From NCBI GenBank assembly GCA_024639785.1, contig JAHEGI010000021.1:69857-133856 (forward strand): DNA of 64,000 nucleotides, given 5' to 3'. Made by a program: the position numbers and the translations under genes. The DNA is from Cryomorphaceae bacterium (GTDB taxonomy: Bacteria > Bacteroidota > Bacteroidia > Flavobacteriales > Schleiferiaceae). The notes under the pieces were generated by a model. The model worked only from the letters and a program-made list of their open reading frames with translations. It ran no database searches and was not told where the DNA came from. Positions 59,286 to 64,000 of the stretch are shown piece after piece (the stretch's first letter is position 1; each line of letters begins with the position of its first letter).

Positions 59286-61469
59286 TTAAACGACTCCGCA
59301 GAGGAATTTGAGGCGAACCAATCGAAGTTCTTCTTCGGTATACGCGCCATCAAAATCTTTGGAGGCTTCCGAGATGTCTCCCGATTCGGACTCTTCACTG
59401 AAGTAGTCCATGATTTCTTCAATGGAGTCCTCGTCTAGATGATCCTCAATGATGTAGTCTAAAGCGATCCGTGTGCCGCTTTGGACGATGAGTTCCATTT
59501 CGCGAAGTAGTTCTTCTTCGCTAATGTTTTTGTTTTTGGCGATTTCTTCTAGGCTCAGTCGGCGATCCGTGGATTGGATCACATAGACTTTCAACGAACC
59601 TTTTTGCCCGGCCGACCGAATCGTAAAATCATCTGGCCGCTCAATTTGATGCAGTTCCACGTGACGGGCAATGGCATCTGTCATAGAGCCTCCAAATCGT
59701 TTGGCTTTGGCTTCGCCGACTCCGGGAATGACCTTGAGCTCGTCTTCGCTAATGGGATAGCTGGTGGCCATCTCTTGGAGGGCCGCCTCGGAAAAGAGCG
59801 CATAAGGGGGGATGCCGCGCTGTTTCGCGAGTTGGCGATTCAACGCCTTTAATGTTGCAAAAAGCGTTGGATCCAGAGCTGCGCCTCGCTTGGCAGCCCC
59901 TAGTTCGATGCTGTCATCGGCCATCACGCGGTAAGCCCGAGCGCGAAAGACCTCGGTGCCTTTCAAGAATGCCATGCCGACCTCGGTAACTTTAAGGATG
60001 CCATAGCGCTCAATCTCCTTGGATATTAGGCCTTGGAGGATCATTTGTCGGACTAAATCCGTCCAGTAGCCATCCGATTGGTCTTTGCCCGCGCCCCATT
60101 GATCTAGGTCACGGGCTCCAAAGGTCTTCAGCACGGCGGTCTCCATGCCAATGAGGGTATTGACTACTTGCTGGGTTCGGAAGTTGTCTTTGCCTGCCAG
60201 AATGGTCTCAATAATCAAGCGTGCGGCGGCGGTAGCGTCGTAATCGCTGGGGTCCCCTTGGCAATTGTCACAGGCTCCACAATTAGAGGCTTCGTAAACC
60301 TCTCCAAAGTAATGCAGGAGGTAGTGCCTGCGGCATGTAGCAGTCAGGGCATAGCCTCGCGCTTCTTGCAGGAGTTGTCGGCCAATTTCTTGCTCAGCAA
60401 CAGGCTTGCGGGCTAAAAACTTATCCAGTTTTTCGATGTCTTTTTCTGAATAATAGGTGACGCACACGCCTTCCCCGCCATCGCGCCCTGCGCGGCCGGT
60501 TTCTTGGTAATAGCTCTCTAGGGATTTTGGGATATCATGGTGAATGACCAATCGGACATCCGGTTTATCGATGCCCATGCCAAAGGCGATCGTCGCCACG
60601 ATCACATTCACATCCTCTTGTAAGAATGCATCTTGATGTCGCGCCCGGGTGCCTCCATCCAGCCCTGCATGGTAGGGCAGAGAGGAGATGCCATTCAGTT
60701 GCAATAACTGAGCAACTTCTTCCACCTTTTGGCGGGACAGACAATAAACAATGGCTGACTTTCCTTCGTGCTCACGAAGTAGGCGGATCATGTCTTTTTC
60801 AACATTGTTTTTCGGCTGGACCGAATAGAACAAGTTTGCTCGATTGAAGGAGGTGGTATAGGTAACGGGTTGCTCCATTTCCAAATTCTTCAGGATATCG
60901 GACATGACCTTGGGGGTCGCCGTAGCCGTCAAGGCCAAAATTGGCCGGCGCTGAATCGCATTGATGGCATGGCGAAGTTGGCGGTATTCAGGACGAAAGT
61001 CATGACCCCATTCCGAAATACAATGGGCCTCATCGATGGCATAAAACGAAACGGGCAGGTCCTTCAAAAAGGCAATATTCTCCTCTTTATTCAAGGATTC
61101 CGGCGCCATGTAGAGCAATTTGGTGTGGCCGGACGCCAAATCTTGACGTACTTGGACCATTTCTCGCTTAGTGAGCGACGAATTCCAAACATGCGCAATG
61201 CCATCTTCAGCCGCAAAACTCCGAATAGCATCCACTTGATTTTTCATCAGGGCAATCAATGGGGATACCACGATTGCCAAACCGTCCATTTGAAGGGCAG
61301 GTAGCTGATAACAAAGGGATTTGCCTCCGCCCGTTGGCATCATGACGAAGGTATCCTGGCCTCCAAGGATGGAAGCTACAGCAGTGGCTTGATTGCCTTT
61401 GAAGTCGTCAAAGCCAAAGAATGACTTGAGAAGTTCTTTACTCTTGGCCGCAGAAAGCACGGGATTCAT
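59286..61469 (-). CDS. recQ: ATP-dependent DNA helicase RecQ
   Basis: 727 aa; MPTGGGKSLCYQLPA, the DEAH box (IDEAHCISEWGHDFRPEY), an RQC zinc region, HRDC and an extra C-terminal domain. Confidence 0.95.
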   Translation of the reverse strand: MNPVLSAAKSKELLKSFFGFDDFKGNQATAVASILGGQDTFVMMPTGGGKSLCYQLPALQMDGLAIVVSPLIALMKNQVDAIRSFAAEDGIAHVWNSSLTKREMVQVRQDLASGHTKLLYMAPESLNKEENIAFLKDLPVSFYAIDEAHCISEWGHDFRPEYRQLRHAINAIQRRPILALTATATPKVMSDILKNLEMEQPVTYTTSFNRANLFYSVQPKNNVEKDMIRLLREHEGKSAIVYCLSRQKVEEVAQLLQLNGISSLPYHAGLDGGTRARHQDAFLQEDVNVIVATIAFGMGIDKPDVRLVIHHDIPKSLESYYQETGRAGRDGGEGVCVTYYSEKDIEKLDKFLARKPVAEQEIGRQLLQEARGYALTATCRRHYLLHYFGEVYEASNCGACDNCQGDPSDYDATAAARLIIETILAGKDNFRTQQVVNTLIGMETAVLKTFGARDLDQWGAGKDQSDGYWTDLVRQMILQGLISKEIERYGILKVTEVGMAFLKGTEVFRARAYRVMADDSIELGAAKRGAALDPTLFATLKALNRQLAKQRGIPPYALFSEAALQEMATSYPISEDELKVIPGVGEAKAKRFGGSMTDAIARHVELHQIERPDDFTIRSAGQKGSLKVYVIQSTDRRLSLEEIAKNKNISEEELLREMELIVQSGTRIALDYIIEDHLDEDSIEEIMDYFSEESESGDISEASKDFDGAYTEEELRLVRLKFLCGVV

Positions 61470-61504
61470 TTACGAGGAACAATTCTTGAAGTTAAGGAAT
61501 AAAG

Positions 61505-61512
61505 TACTTTTG
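61505..61512 (+). promoter_or_regulatory. -7 box TACTTTTG, 6 nt upstream of the tatC ATG
   Basis: The plus strand reads TACTTTTG-cccatc-ATG. Confidence 0.45.
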
Positions 61513-61518
61513 CCCATC

Positions 61519-62313
61519 ATGTCGACGACAGATTCTATGACTTTTCTCGAGCACCTCGGTGCGTTGCGCAGCCATTTGATGCGCGCCAGTTTGGCGATCA
61601 TCATCGCGGCAGGGCTTGCTTTTGCATTCCGAGGCATCTTGTTTGATGAAATCCTCCTTGCCCCAAAGTCACCTGATTTCATCACTTACCAGTGGTTATG
61701 CCAACTTGGGGACTTGCTAGGAAATACGTCCATGTGTGTGCAAGAACTCAAGCTGGACCTTTTAAACAGCAAAATGGCTGGACAGTTCTCCTTGCACATT
61801 GCTTTGTCTCTGATGGCCGGGTTAGTGATTGCCATGCCCTTCGTTTTGCGGGAGATATGGCTCTTTATTGCGCCGGGTTTGACGGATAAAGAGCGTCAAA
61901 AATCCGTCGCTTTCATCGGGATTTCCTCCTTACTTTTCTTCGCAGGAGCGGTCTTTGGGTATTATATTATTACGCCCTTGAGCATACAATTTTTGGCCAA
62001 CTATGTCGTTTCTGATCAAATTACCAATTTGATTGAAATGAGTTCCTATCTATCCACCGTGGCAAGCATCATTGTGGCATGTGGCGTGCTTTTTCAGCTA
62101 CCCATTGTGGTGTACTTCTTGAGTCGCTTGGGGATTGTCACGCCTTCCGGAATGCGAACCTACCGCAGGCATTCGTGGATTGGCATTTTGGCGCTAGCCG
62201 CTGTTATTACCCCACCGGATATTTTTTCTCAAATCATCGTCACCATCCCGGTGGCATTTTTGTACGAGGCAAGTATTCTCGTGAGTAAACTGGCCCAGCC
62301 TAAAGCGTTATGA
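61519..62313 (+). CDS. tatC: Twin-arginine translocase subunit TatC
   Basis: Start taken at the ATG at 61519 ([20 protein letters not shown]). It has six TM segments and a typical TatC N-terminal motif. Confidence 0.9.
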   Translation: MSTTDSMTFLEHLGALRSHLMRASLAIIIAAGLAFAFRGILFDEILLAPKSPDFITYQWLCQLGDLLGNTSMCVQELKLDLLNSKMAGQFSLHIALSLMAGLVIAMPFVLREIWLFIAPGLTDKERQKSVAFIGISSLLFFAGAVFGYYIITPLSIQFLANYVVSDQITNLIEMSSYLSTVASIIVACGVLFQLPIVVYFLSRLGIVTPSGMRTYRRHSWIGILALAAVITPPDIFSQIIVTIPVAFLYEASILVSKLAQPKAL

Positions 62314-63050
62314 GACTAGAGGTTCAAGGTATTGTCAAAGAATACCGCCGCCGAAAGGTGGTCGATGAAGTAAGTTTCTATGTAAACCAGGGTGAAATTG
62401 TAGGATTGCTCGGACCAAACGGCGCGGGTAAAACCACTTCATTCTACACCGTTGTCGGGATGGTCAAGCCGGATGCCGGCGAGGTCCTCCTAGATGGTGA
62501 AGTGATCACCCGGCTCCCGATGTATAAGCGAGCTCAAAAGGGCATTGGGTACCTCGCCCAAGAGGCTTCAGTGTTCCGCAAAATGACCGTCGAAGACAAT
62601 ATCGCGGCGGTGCTTGAATGGCGCGGTTTTTCCAAAATTGAAATTCAGGAGCGATGTGACGCGCTCTTGGCCGAATTTGGACTCGAAAAAATCCGCCATA
62701 CTCGGGGTGATTTGCTTTCAGGAGGGGAACGCCGCCGCACTGAAATTGCCCGAGCGCTAGCCTCGGATCCCCACTTTATTTTACTCGATGAACCCTTTGC
62801 TGGGGTCGATCCCATCGCCGTAGAGGACATTCAATCCATTGTAGCCCAATTGGTGAATCGCAACATAGGAGTCTTGATCACCGATCACAATGTCCAAGAA
62901 ACATTGGCCATTACGGACCGGACATACCTCATGTTTGAGGGTAAAATTCTTAAAAGTGGAACGGCAGAGGAATTAGCGGCGGACCCGGTCGTTCGTCGGG
63001 TCTATTTGGGGCAGAATTTTGAACTTAGGCGCGGTGCGCGGCCCGCATAA
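62310..63050 (+). CDS. lptB: LPS export ABC transporter ATP-binding protein LptB
   Basis: 246 aa with Walker [10 protein letters not shown], the signature LSGGERRR and Walker [12 protein letters not shown] overlap with tatC. Confidence 0.88.
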   Translation: MRLEVQGIVKEYRRRKVVDEVSFYVNQGEIVGLLGPNGAGKTTSFYTVVGMVKPDAGEVLLDGEVITRLPMYKRAQKGIGYLAQEASVFRKMTVEDNIAAVLEWRGFSKIEIQERCDALLAEFGLEKIRHTRGDLLSGGERRRTEIARALASDPHFILLDEPFAGVDPIAVEDIQSIVAQLVNRNIGVLITDHNVQETLAITDRTYLMFEGKILKSGTAEELAADPVVRRVYLGQNFELRRGARPA

Positions 63051-63960
63051 GCCGATCATTCACCGCTCTCCCCAAACCGCTTTCCGGCGCCTTTTCAACA
63101 AACATCGTTGCTGCTTCAGGATAATCTAATCTGCGGAGCAGGGCAAAGAGTCGATGCGCCGCAGACGTGGCTGAGCCATCGGTGCTCAATGATTCTTTCG
63201 CCGCAGGATGAGGTGCAAAAGGAATCCATGTTTCGCCCTTGGCGAGACTGGGCGCGGCCGATCCATGATCCAAAAGGGCAATTGCACGGTGCGGGGCATA
63301 ATGGCTATCGAGCTGGCCCGGGGCGGAGGGTTGACTCTGAGAAAGTTGACTGGGGATGGCTTCTCCGAGCACCGCGTGCAGTTCCTCCATGGAAATGCCG
63401 CCAAGTCGGAGCACTTTGGGCGAACCCTCAGCAAAGCTGACGATGGTAGACTCTACCCCAACCTGGGAAGGTCCTCCGTCGAGCACTAGGGCGAGCTTGC
63501 CCTCAAGTTGATCCATGACATGCTGCGCGGTCGTTGGCGACACATATCCGAATGGGTTCGCACTGGGTGCAGCCAATGGAAATGGGAGTGACTGGAGGAG
63601 TCGAAGTGCTAAAGGGTGCTTGGGCATGCGGAGCCCAACATGGGGCAATCCAGACGTGACGATATCGGGGATGAGTTCGCTTTTTCGCAAAATGAGCGTT
63701 AAAGGGCCAGGCCAAAAGGCCTCCATCAAATGCCTCGCTTGCTCCGGAACTTCGGTTACAAGTCGATCTAATTCCGCCATCTGCCCGATGTGAACAATCA
63801 ACGGGTCGAAGCTTGGGCGATTTTTTGCCTCAAATATGCATGCAACGGCCTCTGGATTCAGGGCATTTGCCGCGAGACCATAGACGGTTTCCGTAGGGAT
63901 GCCGACGAGTTTGCCCGCGCTTAGCTGCCGAACAGCTTCATGTAAATCGGAGGAAATCAC
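63025..63960 (-). CDS. tsaC: L-threonylcarbamoyladenylate synthase (Sua5/TsaC, long form with Sua5 C-terminal domain)
   Basis: 311 aa; [18 protein letters not shown] is a YrdC-domain motif. GTG start at 63960. Confidence 0.85.
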   Translation of the reverse strand: MISSDLHEAVRQLSAGKLVGIPTETVYGLAANALNPEAVACIFEAKNRPSFDPLIVHIGQMAELDRLVTEVPEQARHLMEAFWPGPLTLILRKSELIPDIVTSGLPHVGLRMPKHPLALRLLQSLPFPLAAPSANPFGYVSPTTAQHVMDQLEGKLALVLDGGPSQVGVESTIVSFAEGSPKVLRLGGISMEELHAVLGEAIPSQLSQSQPSAPGQLDSHYAPHRAIALLDHGSAAPSLAKGETWIPFAPHPAAKESLSTDGSATSAAHRLFALLRRLDYPEAATMFVEKAPESGLGRAVNDRLMRAAHRA

Positions 63961-63964
63961 CCGT

Positions 63965-63972
63965 CAAAGGTA
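63965..63972 (-). promoter_or_regulatory. -7 box TACCTTTG, 4 nt upstream of the tsaC GTG start (leaderless geometry)
   Basis: The minus strand reads TACCTTTG-acgg-GTG. Confidence 0.45.
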
Positions 63973-64000
63973 GCCCTAGGGGGTGGCGATTTGAATGTTC

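Noticed and set aside
1-64000. Scan for CRISPR arrays, IS elements or transposases, prophage genes, inteins or introns in large genes, and known ncRNAs in gaps over 100 nt
   Set aside because: No spaced direct repeats, transposase-like ORFs or terminal inverted repeats were seen. rpoB, rpoC, uvrA, recQ and parC have family-typical lengths with no inserted blocks other than the ParC tail. The few long gaps show only terminators or promoter boxes. A covariance-model scan would be needed to exclude small RNAs.

Overview
The window looks like a chromosomal core region of a Bacteroidota-type genome of roughly 50% GC. That assignment is my inference from several features: the gene order rpsU-xerC-hpf-tRNA(Thr,Tyr,Gly,Thr)-tuf-tRNA(Trp)-secE-nusG-rplK-rplA-rplJ-rplL-rpoB-rpoC-DUF3467, a split transketolase, a T9SS-type C-terminal sorting domain, near-absence of Shine-Dalgarno sequences, and TAnnTTTG promoter boxes. 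I call about 60 protein genes, 5 tRNAs, several intrinsic terminators and a set of candidate -7 promoter boxes. Besides the translation/transcription cluster the window holds purM, prfA, pyrF, an NSS transporter, ychF, parE/parC, two UvrA paralogues, mtaB, mutL followed by two rhomboid proteases, recQ, tatC, lptB, tsaC, bshA, two ECF sigma factors, a GH3/beta-lactamase fusion and a vWA protein wedged between the two transketolase halves. I see no CRISPR array, IS/transposase, prophage or recognisable defence island. I also do not find a convincing self-contained novel multi-gene system, so this reads as an ordinary core region. The signals most worth a second look are these: (1) perfect TAnnTTTG boxes sit exactly 4 nt upstream of four operon-first start codons, three ATG and one GTG, which implies leaderless mRNAs; (2) rpsU carries a lone strong Shine-Dalgarno; (3) a 45-aa membrane mini-ORF, absent from the ORF track, overlaps the NSS transporter stop in an ATGA junction; (4) tktN, the vWA gene and tktC are tightly coupled; (5) mutL, two rhomboid genes and an EEP gene form one chain; (6) a second UvrA paralogue is divergent from an ECF sigma gene that is followed by a mini-ORF; (7) ATGA stop/start overlaps are pervasive. 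All product calls rest on motif and family recognition from memory; no database search was possible.
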